The notes: generated by a model from the letters alone, not told the origin. A DNA stretch of 64,000 bases from Octopus vulgaris (GCA_951406725.2 OX597831.1:11718001-11782000); one strand, 5' to 3'. Positions 14,318 to 30,910 are shown, counted from the first letter of the stretch. Numbers and translations: made by a program.

Positions 14318-15255
14318 TGTGTGTCTGTGTGTGAGTCTGTGTATATGTGTGTGTCTCTGTGTGTGTGCCTGTGCGTGTATGCCTGTGTGTGTGTGTGTGT
14401 GTGTGTTTGTGTATGCCTGTGTGTGTCTGTGTTTGTGTGTGTGTGCCTGTGTGTGTGTGTGTTTGTGTGTGTCTGTGTGTGTGTCTGTGTCTGTGTGTGT
14501 GTGTGTTTCTGTGTGTGTGTGTGAGTCTGTGTATATGTGTGTGTCTGTGTGTGTGTGTGTGTGTCTCTCCGTGTCTGTGTCTGTGTGTCTGTGTGTGTAT
14601 TCGTTTGCATTGACCCTGCAACATTAAAAATTGAAATTTATAGAAAAGTGGATTCTTTTTTTATTATTATTATTATTATCATTATTACTGATCGATCTTC
14701 TTAGACCAAGTATATTACTGATATTAACTGATCTGCAATGATTAAAAACTAAATCGATACTGTCATTAGTTAAACTGAAAATCGTATGGAACCAAAACCA
14801 GATTCGGTTTCACGATTTATCGCGCGATCCGCTCCAATTCACGGTGTGAGGCAGCGTTTGTGTTAAATAAATAGCGAAAGGGACTAAGAGTCATCGTGGG
14901 ACTCAGTGTATGGGGAAGATAACTGCTCGATATAGCAGCCAAATGATATCTCAATATGATTTGCATGACATCCTATCATGCGCGTATCAGTGTTTACATA
15001 GAAACGGACTTAACTAATGATGGCAACAGAAATTGCCAAAAATGAAGTCAGTGTCAAGAATTCTCGGTGGATATTTTTCGGACGATTCAGGTCCCTGTTA
15101 GTGCATGTGTTTTCATTCATGGTTTAGCTCTTATTTCTAGCAATGTAAGTGTTTCTTAACACCCTATTAACACCCCAGTCACATTCAGTGACAAATATAG
15201 TTCTCCTTTTTGCTGAAATATTGCAACCTGTGTTTACTTTAATTTTGTGTGTGTG

Positions 15256-15295
<40 letters not shown>

Positions 15296-15442
15296 TGTAT
15301 ATATATGTATATATGTATGTATGTATGTATGCATATATATATATATATATGTATATATATGAATGCATGTATGTGTGTGTGTACATATATATATATACGT
15401 ACATACATATATATATATATAGATAGATAGATAGGTTGAGAG

Positions 15443-15582
<140 letters not shown>

Positions 15583-16131
15583 TGTTTCCATTTTCTAGTG
15601 TTCAAATACATGACCATTATCTTATAATTCTGAAGAAAATTGGGAAATAATTTGAACCGAAACAAAATGGAACAAAGTGGAACAGGTTTACTTACAGAGC
15701 GAACCTGATGGAGTAGACCCAACCCAGCAACGGTGTCCACCCATGGACATCAGATCTTATTTTCAGGCAATATCTTACAAGCCTATTTAATGAACAAAAA
15801 CTTTCCACCCGTGCCCAACACGCCGTATTTTCAGACGATATTCTTCAAGACTCCTGCATCCAATGATTTCTTGGATTATTAAGTCAGGTTTTGCGGTGCC
15901 ATGGGGGTGGTGTTGTTCACTGAACTGTATCCAGGTATCGATGGCTTATCTGGTTTTCCTTGAAGAATTTTGTACAGTTTCCATTTGAAAGTGATATTTT
16001 TTCTTCTTTATTTTGCTTTGGAATAATGATAACTAGAGCAGGGCCTTGTTCAGGAATGGAAATTGTTACTCAGAGTTTCATGTTCTGTTCGTATTTTTTT
16101 CCACCTTGTTTCGCATTTATCTGCTTACTCT

Positions 16132-16182
<51 letters not shown>

Positions 16183-16387
16183 GAAAAATACAAACTGGGA
16201 CAAGAACGTAAAACATTTAGAAGACGATACAAAAAACACGGACGGGACATTCGAAGCCTTCAATCTTCAGTCAAGAACCGGCTCATCCTAGCAATTTCGG
16301 CTGATATATATATATATATATATATACCATACATGCATATATACTTAGGTATATATGCATATAAATACGCACACACAGACACAGAAC

Positions 16388-16453
<66 letters not shown>

Positions 16454-16472
16454 CAGACAGACAGACAGACAC

Positions 16473-17855
<1,383 letters not shown>

Positions 17856-18182
17856 AGATAGATAGATAGATAGATGGATATATTGATAGATAAGAATGCC
17901 CTCATCTGCTATGACATATTCGCATATGTTGACACAAGCATTAGTTAATTATATACTTCACTCGTGTATGAGTGTGCGCGCGTGAGTTCTTGCGTAAAAA
18001 TGTGGGTTTGTATGCGTGTGTTAATGTGTGTTTATGTTAGTGTATGTGTGTGTGTGTGTGTGTGTCTATTTATGTATAAACAAAGTTCATCTAATTTGGC
18101 AAACAACGGAAAATACAATCAGATATCCATCCGTATTTATTTCTCTGTGAAAGTGAGAGTATGCGAATGTAAATCTTGCGCC

Positions 18183-18229
<47 letters not shown>

Positions 18230-18266
18230 ATATATATTTACGTATACACACGCGCACGCACACGCT

Positions 18267-18314
<48 letters not shown>

Positions 18315-18430
18315 TATCTCTGTACTTTAGCATGTGTGTACGTATACGCACCTTTGTGTCGAGAGGGGGAGGAAGTATTAAAGAAGGTGCGATGGGAACT
18401 GGCGATAACTATGAGGTGTTATATATATAT

Positions 18431-18553
<123 letters not shown>

Positions 18554-19010
18554 CATATATATATGTATGTATGTATGTGTGTATGTACATATCTTTTGAT
18601 ATCTTTATTACGGCATTCGTTATTCTTCCTTTGTAGTTCACATAGCAGCTATTAGTGTCGATGTAAATTGGTCTAACCTCCAATATCTTCCGACTATCTC
18701 ACTAAATCTATCGAATTAGAAGCAAGGTTTACAGACCAATAAAACCTTTTCAGACCACTAAAATGCTCTCTTTACCGTGTCGTCGGCGTTACTCAGCCAG
18801 CGTTTTTGAAAAAAACTTTCACCTATTTACTTAGACGTTTATTTATATACTTTTGTGTGATTTTTTTTATTGGTATTGTCATTATCATTGTTTTTATTAT
18901 TATTATTATTATCATCATCATCATCAAATATTATTTTAGTCCACTATGGTATCTATGTATCTACACGTGTGCATTTCTCTGTTTGAGTGTGTGAGAACGT
19001 GTGCGTTAGC

Positions 19011-19063
<53 letters not shown>

Positions 19064-19084
19064 TGTATATGTTTATCTACCTAT

Positions 19085-19188
19085 CTACTTATATTTATAT
19101 ACATTTATATGTGTATATATATATATATATATATTCATATTTATCTAAATATACATACACACCCATATATATGATATATATATATATG

Positions 19189-19222
<34 letters not shown>

Positions 19223-19455
19223 TGTATGTATATATATTTGTATGTATATATATACATATATATATATACATATATATGTGTATATATATATATATATATT
19301 ATATATGTATATATATATATAATGTATGTATATATATATATGTGTGTATATATATATCCTATATATATCATATATATGGGTGTGTATATATATTTAGATA
19401 AATATGAATAAATATATATATATATATATATACATGTATATAAATATAAGTAGTT
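19085..19455. repeat. Inverted duplication of about 95 bp (19085-19180 versus 19362-19455) within a TA-rich tract
   Basis: ATTCATATTTATCTAAATATACATACACACCCATATATATGATA and its reverse complement TATCATATATATGGGTGTGTATATATATTTAGATAAATATGAAT. Confidence 0.85.
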
Positions 19456-19466
19456 AAATATATATG

Positions 19467-19505
<39 letters not shown>

Positions 19506-19658
19506 TTGTGTGTGTGTGTTTATACACACACACATACATTCATATATATATATATATATATATATATCACAAATCACAAGAGCTGTAATAATCTTTAAAA
19601 ACCACAATGGTGGTGGTGGTGGTGGTGGTGAACGTCGACGACGACAACGATGACGCTT

Positions 19659-19695
<37 letters not shown>

Positions 19696-19834
19696 CGCTT
19701 ATGATGATGATGATGATGATGATGATGCTGATGATGATGATGACTGGCAAAGTAGTTACCCTAATGCTATTATTACCAGCAATAATAGCAACACAAATTC
19801 TGCTTTTGCTCCTGTTTATTGGTGAGGAAGACAT

Positions 19835-19875
<41 letters not shown>

Positions 19876-20151
19876 ATGATGATGATGATGATGATGATGA
19901 TGAGGATGGTGATGAGGTTGATGATGGCGTCTTTATGTTTTTAGGGGCCATAAAAGGTCATAAGTAAACTTCGTTACGACTTTAAACCCCTATATTAATA
20001 CTTTCGGCCATTCACTAATACATTTATCTCTGTAGATACTATTCATTGTAATTGTGTGTAAGTGTGTGTGTTTGTGTGTGTATGCGTGTGTGTTGGGTGT
20101 ACACATATAGGCAAGGATACATGTATACATACACACATATATACTTATATA

Positions 20152-20221
<70 letters not shown>

Positions 20222-20441
20222 TATATATATATATATATAGATATACATATATATATATATATATATGTATTTATATATACATGTATGTATATATATATGT
20301 ATATACATATGCATGCAAGTATCTATGTATTTATGAATATAGGTATATGAATATAGCTAATCTAAAACTAAGCTGTTTATATGTGTATATATATATATAC
20401 ATGTATATATGTATATATATATATGCATGCGCATATATATA

Positions 20442-20481
<40 letters not shown>

Positions 20482-20911
20482 TGTATGCATGTATGTATGT
20501 ACGTATCACCGTACCTATGTGAATGAACTTAAGTGAGTTTTGTCTATAGAAAACCCATCTCGGACTTATTCACCGAGAAATATAAAATGCTTTCACAATG
20601 ACATCTCTCTATAGATAGTGCGAAATAAACGTCGGAATATGTAGTTTCCGATTGCAATAAAAAATGATTTATCTCGTAAAATATGGAGAATTTACTGCGA
20701 TATCTAGTAAATGTCCATTAGGTTGATTACAAATATCAAACACAACTTTGAGTTATAGCTGCAGTCACCGCTCTAGTTATAGCTGTTTAAATCTTCGATC
20801 TGCAGTCTGTAATTGCATATAAACTTTGCGCTCATAAATAGTATTATGAAAAATTCAAAACCGCCGCACTTGGAAAAAAGGGGTGATGAAGACAAAGAGT
20901 GTGAGGAATGG

Positions 20912-21139
<228 letters not shown>

Positions 21140-21192
21140 GGAATTTGATTGGCAGCTAGATAGATAAGTAAATACATATATGATACACACAT

Positions 21193-21248
<56 letters not shown>

Positions 21249-21890
21249 AATGATATAATGAGACAGATACACAGCTTGTATGGATAAATACCTAAGTAGT
21301 TAAATAGAGAGATAAATAAAGAAAAATACACACTTAGCTCTAATGCGTGTAGATAGATGGCCAGAGAGTAAAACATAGAGAATATAGTTCTATCAGTAAG
21401 TGTTTGTATGGGGGGAGGGTAGAGGGGGAAAGAAAAAGATTGGAAAAAAAAAAGTAGTTGTTAAAGTTATCGCTGTTCGAGATTTTGTTATTTATTTTAC
21501 AAGGTTTATGCAATTATCGCTCGACAAACCAATATTCTTCTCTGCTTTAACAAAACACATTTTACTAATAACCACACCTGAATCGCTTATGTTTCTCCAT
21601 TTTCGCTGCTGCTTTTCTGGGTTTTTTTCTTTCTTTTTTAATGGTGAGGATCTGTTAAGTTAATAATATTAGGCTTTTACTGTAGCTTTCTAGTTCACCA
21701 ATGAAGTGATTATCGGTCTGCCAGTTATTGCTGACATCTGGTTTCGATTCACAGTTGGAACCGCAATATTTTTGTTAATCTATTCAAGTATCGTTTCTCA
21801 GTCATTTTATTCTTGGACAACTCTTGGTAATTAAGGAATATTCTATCAATTCACGACGGTGACTGATGTATTTTTATGTTCTCTAAGATT

Positions 21891-22295
21891 AAGATGTCGA
21901 GCTGGCAGAACCATTAGCGTGCCGGGTAAAATGCTTTGCGGTATTTCGTCTGCCGTTACGTTCTGAGTTCAAATTCCGCCGAGGTCGACTTTGCCTTTCA
22001 TCCTTTCGGGGTCGATTAAATAAGTACCAGTTACGCACTGAGGTCGATATAATCGACTTAATCCGTTTGTCTATACTTGTTTGTCCTGTGTATGTTTAGC
22101 CCCTTGTGGGTAGTAAAGAAATAGGTAATTCGTCCGTCTTTAAGCCCCAAGTTCACATGTCACTGAGATCATATTTACCTTTCATCCTTCTAGAGTTCGA
22201 TAAAATAAGTACAAATCGATTATTGGGGTGGTGGGAGATCAATGGAATCGTCTTAGACCCACTCCTGAAATTGGTGGCCTTGTTGGAACCACAGT
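21891..22295 (+). mobile_element. SINE family B: young unit with Tx1-like tail (21891-22123) followed by an older headless unit (22124-22295)
   Basis: GAGCTGGCAGAA...GAGTTCAAATTCC (B box)...GCCTTTCATCCTTTCGGGGTCGAT (resembles the MetaSINE central domain)...TAGCCCCTTGTGGGTAGTAAAGAAATA|GGTAATTCGTC. Confidence 0.88.
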
Positions 22296-22509
22296 GTTAT
22301 GACAATATTTACAGCTGGTCTCTATTTACAAGCTGTTTAAGCCATCATTGAGGCCCCGACAGAGGTATTACTACTCCGGGTCAGAGTAGAACTAGAGACA
22401 ATAGTAACTAAGAAGTGGGCCAACACTCCTCAAAACCCTACAACCCCAAAACCAGGGCCCCACTGCCGGATGCAGTTCAAAGTTATAAAACGGCCATTGA
22501 AAAGTTTGT

Positions 22510-22865
22510 CACCCCACCCCGGTACTTACTTTTCCAAGCCCGGTACTTATTCAATCGTTACTTGTTTGTTTTTTGCAGAACTGCTATGTTACGAGAACGT
22601 GAACAAACGAACATCGGTTGTCAAGTGGTGCTGTGAGACAAACACAGACACAAAGACACACACAGAAGTGTGTGTGTGTAGGTATTTATGTATATGTGTA
22701 AATATGTGTGTATGCTCCTTTTAGATTCCGTAAACCAAAATCACTCACAAGGCTTTGGTCGGCCTGAGACCATAGCAGAAGACACTAGCCCAAAGGTGCC
22801 ATGCAGTGGGACTGAACCCAGAACCGTGTGGTTGGGAAACAATCGTTTTACCACATGGCCACGCC
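22510..22865 (-). mobile_element. SINE family A, full length
   Basis: The head (GTGGCCATGTGGTAA...GGTTCAGTCCCACTGC) and the 3' half are contiguous around a short (CA)/(TG) tract. Confidence 0.8.
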
Positions 22866-23966
22866 TGTGTAACAAGACAGTACATAGAGATGATGACTAC
22901 GATGGTGATGACGATGATGATGATGTGGAGGTGGACGAGGTGGACGAGGGAGGGCGAAGGGGAGAGGTTTGAGAAGGAGGAAGAGGAGGAAGTGGAGGAG
23001 GAGCAGGAGCAGGATGTGTACATTGATGAGGAGGAGGAGGAAGAGGAGGAGGATGTCTACAATAATGATGACGAGGATGATGGTTATGTCAATGACGATG
23101 ATGATGATGATGATGATGATGACAACGACGACGACTGCATTCTACGTTTTCAGGAGAATAAAACCCTTCATAAACGAATGGTGTTAAAATTATTTAATTC
23201 TTATATAAATGTATTTTGCACGACAAAGAGCAAAATTACCAAGAGTGCTCAATACAATTTTGTGCTTGAAAAGTAGAGTCTGACATGAGTTTATTTCTAT
23301 AAAGAGATAAACAGAGGTTATACACAACCAGCGCGATTCCCAGCCATCGGCCGTTTTATCGAGCGTCAATGGATGGGAAACAAGAAAAACATAAATATAA
23401 AACAAAGAAATATGCAAATAACCCAACAGTTGATTGAATGAGACCGTGGTCCGGATGTTCCACCCGTTGTAGAGGGTTCATAAAAGGTTACAAGTGATAC
23501 ACTCCTTCAAACTAAAGGGATAAAAGCTACATGTTTCTCATGTGCAATTTTCAATATATATACATATATACATAAATACATACACACAGAGACACTTATG
23601 TGCATCCATGTATGTGTGTGTGTGTGTGTGTGTGTGTGCGTACAGTAGAAGGAAAGAATGAACCGACAGATAATTCGTATCAGATTAGATCAATGTTTCT
23701 TAGCCCTTTTTTTCTACCTAGCGACCCCTTTGGTCCCTATTCTGCTCAGGTGGACTCCCACAGCCATTCGAGGCTTTAAAAATCCAATTATATTTTCATA
23801 TGTAAATAGTAAAGAAGACTCTTGCAGTTCGAGTGCCCCAGTTCGAGTGTATGAATAATTTCCTGTACGAGCCGAGTGAGAATTTTCGTTTAGAAGTAGA
23901 AGCGAAAATCCGCAGTACGAGCTAAAAGATCGTCCCATCTTTAAGGTAATTCAGTTAATGAAACAA

Positions 23967-24308
23967 GGTGGCGAGCTGGCAGAACTGTTAGCACACCGGG
24001 CGAAATGCTTAGCGGTATTTCGTCCGTCTTTACGTTCTGAGTTCAAATTCGGCCGAGATCGACTTTGCCTTTCATCCTTTCGGGGTCGATAAATTAAGTA
24101 CCAGTTACGCACTGGGGTCGATGTAATCGACTTAATTCCTCTGTCTGTCCTTGTTTATCCCCTCTGTTTAGCCACTTGTGGGTAGTAAAGAAATAGGTAT
24201 TTCCTCTGTCATTACGTTCTGAGTTCAAATTCTGCCGAGGTCGACTTTGTCTTTCATCCTTTCGGGGTCGATAAATTAAGTACCAGTTACGCAATTACGC
24301 ACTGGGGT
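23967..24308 (+). mobile_element. SINE family B: unit with Tx1-like tail (23967-24195) plus headless unit (24196-24308)
   Basis: Same architecture and same junction (AAAGAAATA|GGTATTTC) as 21891-22295. Confidence 0.9.
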
Positions 24309-24535
24309 CTCCAAATAGGTGTCTCGCGATACCCTTGAAACCAGGAACTTTTCATCTTCCCCTCGTAAATAGAGTTTGGCTCGCATAAAACCGCTTCAAG
24401 TATAGGCAAAAGAAGATTGAATTTAGAAGCTTTTCGGGAAAAAAGCAGAACCCTGTAGCAATTTCCAGAGATTTTAAAACTGTAAAACGACTGTTTTCAG
24501 AAGAACCATTACAAAAGGGCTGGAGAATTTTGGTT

Positions 24536-24612
24536 TCCTGAGCGTCCAATAACACTATATTTGTTCTATGTCCTCGCGTTTTTGTGTTTTCTCTTTGTTT
24601 TCATGTTTGGAT

Positions 24613-24618
<6 letters not shown>
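24536..24618 (+). repeat. Terminal fragment of a (TA)n-associated element, same family as 48648-48865
   Basis: TCCTGAGCGTCCAATAACACTATA...TTTTCATGTTTGGATTAAC matches the reverse complement of 48652-48735 and is followed by (TA)n. Confidence 0.75.
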
Positions 24619-24660
<42 letters not shown>

Positions 24661-25119
24661 CACACAAGTTTATGAAGATAGAACAGAATGAAATAAGCAG
24701 AGCAGGATCACACACGAAGACAGAAAGTGTCAGTGAAGAGGTCACAGATGTGTGACGAAAGATTTCTGGGCAATGGACATGAGTTAGAATAAGAACAGTC
24801 ACAAAAGAGTGAAGCAGGAATATATAGTGTGTGTGTTTATTTGGCAAAAAAAAAAAAACGACCGTCGCGAAACGAAAATATATATATATATTTGCGCATA
24901 CATACGTACGTACATACATACATGCATATATTATAGACATACTTCTGTCATATGACTAGACCGACTTACCTCCACCAAACCCCTGTTTTCCTCCAAATCC
25001 CGTTACCCGAGCTCCATTACATACATATGATATAATTGTTTCTCTTTTCATTTACGATTTTGACCAAGTTTGGGGTCGAATCCAAATCTCCTCGTTAGTT
25101 AGTCATAAAAAAAAGCACC

Positions 25120-25470
25120 AGTATGGCTGTGTAGTTAAGACGTACCCTTTGCAACCACCGGGCTACGGGTTCAGTCCCACAGAGCGCCATTTTGGGCAAT
25201 TGTGTTTTACTATAGACCCCTGTCAATAAGCGTCTGGTGAGTGAATGTGGTGGAAGGAAACTGTTTGGAAGCCCGTCAGACATGTGTGTCTGTGAGTATT
25301 TGTGCGTGTGCTTGTCCATCTACCCCCCACCACCGATTTACAACCGGCACTGGTTTGTTTACGTCTTCGTAATTTAGCGGAGTAACAATCTTAAAAAAAA
25401 GTGCTACACCGATCTATCGAAGGCAATGCAACAGCATGGCCGCGGCCAAAGATCTGTCAGAAATAAAAAA
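25120..25470 (+). mobile_element. SINE family A, diverged full-length copy
   Basis: TGGCTGTGTAGTTAAG...GGGTTCAGTCCCAC...TTGGGCAA...GTTTACGTCTTCGTAATTTAGCGG...CAGCATGGCCGC. Confidence 0.75.
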
Positions 25471-25697
25471 TGAAGAAAAAGTTCCTTGTTTAAACATTTC
25501 ACACACAGACACACACACACATTCATATGCATAAACAGCCATACATACATATCCTAAATTCTTTTATCTTTCGTTATTGCTTCCCGATGAGTGATGCGGC
25601 CACGCTGGAGCACCAGATTTTCCTTAAATCGAGTCCGTTTCTATATAACGCTCCTTCTGCTTCTACCTGTCTCCATATGCAAAAGTCACATATATTA

Positions 25698-25738
<41 letters not shown>

Positions 25739-25845
25739 TGCGAACACACACTCACATTATGTTCATGTATATTTATGCGTATGTATACATGTATATATGT
25801 GTATACACATATATATATATGTATATATGTATATGTGTTTGGGTG

Positions 25846-25887
<42 letters not shown>

Positions 25888-25958
25888 CACACACTTCCAT
25901 ATATACATGTGCGAGTCTGTATGAATATCTATCTATCTCCCACTTTTTTCTCTCCTTG

Positions 25959-26022
<64 letters not shown>

Positions 26023-26038
26023 TATATATGTATGTATA

Positions 26039-26087
<49 letters not shown>

Positions 26088-26114
26088 GCATATATATGTA
26101 TATATATGTGTATA

Positions 26115-26212
<98 letters not shown>

Positions 26213-26595
26213 ATGTATGTTCACTTGTAAGTAAGGCTGTGTGTAAGAATGTGTGCTTGTAATTGTCACATACCAAAATACAATGTCTAAACACACTCAC
26301 GAATCTATACAACACCTACACACCTGAACACATCGAAATGACAATGAGACCAGGGGAACAATTTGTAAAATATTTATTGTTAATTTAATTATCAACTACT
26401 CTAAAAATTATTTGCGTTAATTACATTTTTATAAATAATTTTACTTTGAATTGAAATTCAAATTAATAATTTAAAACTCACAGAAACCATTCCAAGAATA
26501 TTTTTTTTTGTCACCAAAAGTAATCTTACATTTAAAGGAAAATTACTTGAAAAAGACGTATGTTTATGGCGTACACACACACACACACTCACACG

Positions 26596-26648
<53 letters not shown>

Positions 26649-26928
26649 GTACACACATACACACGATGTACATGAGTGTAGGTATTTACATATGAAACAA
26701 ATATGCATGCACATATCTGTACATGCACATATGTGAATATATACACTTATACATGCATGAATATGTATGTATATATATATACATACATGTATATATATAT
26801 ATATGTATCTATATATATATATAGATGTATCTCCCCCTTTCTTTCACTCTCTCTCCCTATCTCTCTCCTTCTCTCTCTCTTTCTCTCTCTCTCTTTCTCT
26901 CTCTCTCTTTCTCTCTCTCTCTCCCTCC

Positions 26929-26992
<64 letters not shown>

Positions 26993-27010
26993 GTATATAT
27001 ATTACATATG

Positions 27011-27293
27011 TGGAGGCGCAATGGCCCAGTGGTTAGGGCAGCGGACTCGCGGTCGGAGGATCGCGGTTTCGATTCCCAGACCGGGCGTTGCGTGTGTTTA
27101 CTGAACGAAAACACCTAAAAGCTCCACGAGGCTCCGGCAGGGGCTGGTGATCCCTGCTGTACTCTTTCACCACTCTTTCTCCCACTCTTTCTTCTGTTGG
27201 CTTGCTCGTTCGAAGGCTAAAAGAAAGCGAACGCATTGTGACAAGCGATGTGTAGTAACATATGATGGTCTGGTTGGTCACGTGATCACGTGA
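27011..27293 (+). mobile_element. SINE family C (tRNA-Arg-like head), tail type 1
   Basis: GGAGGCGCAATGGCCCAGTGGTTAGGGCAGCGGAC-TCG-CGGTCGGAGGATCGCGGTTTCGATTCCC has A/B boxes and a TCG anticodon-like triplet. It ends in CACGTGAT repeats, and ATATTACAT occurs on both flanks (TSD-like). Possibly related to the octopus OR-type SINEs. Confidence 0.85.
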
Positions 27294-27600
27294 TATTACA
27301 TGTATATAAATGTAAGATCGAATGACCGAAGTGCAGGAAGAAAGTTGTCTTCAAACAATCCGTAGTTAATATAAAAAAAACAACTTTCGGGGACAAAAGA
27401 TATTTTTTGAGAAAAAGGCTGTGGATTTATATATATATATCAAAATAAGCAACAAGTATATCTAAGGTAGTGCAGTAAAATCGTTTCGTGCTACTTCATT
27501 TTATTAAACACTGTAAGTATTACATCAGTTTTAAAATGTCGAGCAATCTTCAGCCACGTATAGAATTTCTTAATTAAACGCACAATGCACATTTTTATGC

Positions 27601-27642
<42 letters not shown>

Positions 27643-27887
27643 CGTATAATGTACTGATCCTTGATAGAAAATTTAACAAAACATGTACCCTCATCTGGTG
27701 AGAGATGAATATCATTTATTTAAAGGTCACAATACATGTATTAAATAAAGTGCTACTCTTAGTCTTTTACGTCGATGGGCCTCATGCATAATCTTTCAGG
27801 CGCAAACCACGCACCAAAACGAACTAAAGAAATTGAATATATATATATACATATATATAAATATATATATATACACATCTATATGTG

Positions 27888-27961
<74 letters not shown>

Positions 27962-27964
27962 CAC

Positions 27965-28010
<46 letters not shown>

Positions 28011-28590
28011 TCACATAGACACACGTATACATGTATGTATATGATACATTATGCGAACACACGCGCATACATGTATGTATATATTATTATATATTAATAT
28101 ATATATATATATACATAGATACACACACACACATATATATATATATAATATATATATACGTATATATATATAATATATATGTATATATATAATGTATCTA
28201 GAATTGTATGTATGTATCTATCTATTTATAACACACCTCAACCCCACACACCAACACACCAACACAGATTTTGGAGTGTATATATATATATAACGGATCT
28301 CCACCACATCCTGTTGTTACCTCTTTCCTGGCATCGTCTCTTCATAGTTGCAGCGTTCGGTTGGATTCAGACTGACACGTGTGCACAGCCGTTGCTGCAG
28401 TCTCCAGGTAACAGCACTCACTGCAGCGTGTATCATGGGATTATTGGCTGCTTCCGATTCTGTCGGGATTTCATTGATCTCGGAGGATTATCTTAACAAA
28501 ATTCAGTAGGCGGGATATATATATATTTATAGCTACACACACACACACATACTCACATATATACGTATACACACACACACACACACACAT

Positions 28591-28671
<81 letters not shown>

Positions 28672-28763
28672 CATATATATACATGTTGATATATATATGC
28701 ATTTATATATATATATATATATAGATCTACTTCCTACTTATATATATCTATACATGTATATAC

Positions 28764-28824
<61 letters not shown>

Positions 28825-28879
28825 TATATATGTATTGACTGCAGGAAGGGTTATACTGCAATTATTATTATTATTATTA

Positions 28880-29367
28880 TTTTATGTTTGACTTTTGCTT
28901 TGCATTTGTACAAGTTGTCTCCAAGTCTCACCCAGAGACTTCAAGAGACAACAAGTTAGAAGTTCATGTTGGTGTTATGCCGAGGGTGTCATATATTTGG
29001 TTTTACAAATGTTCTAGAGAATGTTTAAGAAACCATAAGAAAATTATGAGTTTGTTTTAAAATTTGAGATTACATAGACAGTATTTTGCGTAGGATATGG
29101 GCAGTTCCCATGAGCACTATCTTTTGAATTTCTGCCATTTTGGGGTTTCCTGGTACCTGAGCTAGGTAGAAATCAGCCCCTTTTGCTATCATTTCTAGAG
29201 TACTTATAACAACAGGCATTATTTTAGTCTTCAGGATCCACATTTTGCTAATTTCTACTTCAAGATCTTTATATTTGCTCAGTTTTTGATAGGTTTTGAC
29301 AGATACGTTTATATCGATTGGGACAGTCATATCAATGAGGAGGCACGATTTTTGTCTGAAGTCTTTC

Positions 29368-29369
<2 letters not shown>
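28880..29369 (-). mobile_element. R4/Dong-type RLE non-LTR retrotransposon, 3' fragment with (TAA)n tail
   Basis: KSCLLIDMTVPID..VSVKTYQKLSKYKDLEVEISKMW...PVVI..L...IQKIVLMGTAHILRKIL* is the C-terminal half of a restriction-like endonuclease domain. It is followed by about 190 bp of 3'UTR and (TAA)n. Confidence 0.88.
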
Positions 29370-29433
<64 letters not shown>

Positions 29434-29434
29434 T

Positions 29435-29575
29435 TTTTTTATTTATTTATTAGACATTCACTAGTACAACACAAAAAAAAAAACAAATATATGGCAGACT
29501 AGGCATAACAACAACGTGAACTTCCATCCTGTTGTCTCTTGAGATCTCTGGGTGAGACTTGGAGTCAAACATAGA
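29435..29575 (+). mobile_element. 3'UTR-only copy of the same R4/Dong family, opposite orientation, inside (TAA)n
   Basis: GGCATAACAACAACGTGAACTTC...GTTGTCTCTTGAGATCTCTGGGTGAGACTTGGAG matches the reverse complement of 28917-29000. (TAA)n lies on both sides. Confidence 0.82.
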
Positions 29576-29636
29576 ATAATAATAATAATGATAATAATAT
29601 TAAAAATAATAATGATAATAATAATAATTATTATTT

Positions 29637-30020
<384 letters not shown>

Positions 30021-30041
30021 AGTTACTATCCCTATTATTTA

Positions 30042-30215
30042 AGGCGGCAAGCTGGCAGAGTTGTTAGCACGCCAGGGAAAATGCTTAGCGGCATTTAGGT
30101 TCGTCTGCATGATCTGAGTTCAAATTTCTCCGAGGTCGACTTTACCTTTCATCTTTTCGGTGTCGATAAATAAAGTACCACTGAAACACTGGGGTCGAGG
30201 TTATTGACTAGTCCC
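30042..30215 (+). mobile_element. SINE family B
   Basis: GGCGGCAAGCTGGCAGAG...GAGTTCAAATTTC...CCTTTCATCTTTTCGGTGTCGATAAATAAAGTACCA. Confidence 0.85.
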
Positions 30216-30428
30216 TCCTCTCTCTCACTTATATATGTGTGTGTGTGTGCGTATGTGTACTGACGCAGAGAGGGAGAGAGATATAGAGACACATACATGC
30301 ATACATACATGCATACATACATACATACATAATACATGCATACAATACATACATACATACATACATACATACATACATACATACATACATACATACATAC
30401 ATACACACATACATACATGCAGTAGAGT

Positions 30429-30500
30429 TTCATGTCCATTATTGTTGGAGCAACAGGTTACATACCAACTTGTCTGGAGCAAAATATAACTGAACTTGGA
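30429..30500 (+). pseudogene. Short fragment resembling an RLE-LINE C-terminus
   Basis: Translates as FMSIIVGATGYIPTCLEQNITELG, resembling the PIIVGALG.IP..L...L..LG pattern. Very short. Confidence 0.4.
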
Positions 30501-30692
30501 ATTTTGCTGGGGGAAGGTGAGTCCTTAATTCCTACACTACGAATGATCACGATATCTGGGCGTATGGAAATCTTCTGAAGATTGAAAGGGCGATGAACAA
30601 AACCAGATGCTTTCCTTCAAAACCTTGCTACCAAACAGGTGACCAATCAAAATTCACTCTAATTTAAAAAGAGGAAGAAAAGGACATATATA

Positions 30693-30910
30693 AACTCTTT
30701 TCTACTCGAGGCACAAGGCCCGAAATTTTTGTAGAGGGGCCCAGTCGATTAGATCGACCTCACTACGCAACTGGTACTTAATTTATCGACTCCGAGAGGA
30801 AGAAAGGCAAAGTTGACCTCAGCGGAATTTGAACTCAGAACATAAAGACAGACGAAATACCACTAAGAATTTCGCCCGGCGTGCTAACGTTTCTGCCAGC
30901 TCGCCGCCTT
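30693..30910 (-). mobile_element. SINE family B, tail type 2
   Basis: Full head and core. The tail AAATTTCGGGCCTTGTGCCTCGAGTAGAAAAGA is shared with 56510-56726. Confidence 0.88.

Noticed and set aside
22806-23276. Acidic 156-aa ORF
   Set aside because: It begins in a SINE and runs through (GAG)n/(GAT)n repeats.
27011-27082. Functional tRNA-Arg gene
   Set aside because: The acceptor stem does not pair, and the sequence continues into a SINE body with a TSD-like flank.
28292-28515. GC-richer insert between TA tracts, possibly an LTR-element fragment
   Set aside because: No recognisable protein motif, terminal repeat or second copy in the window, so it cannot be classified.
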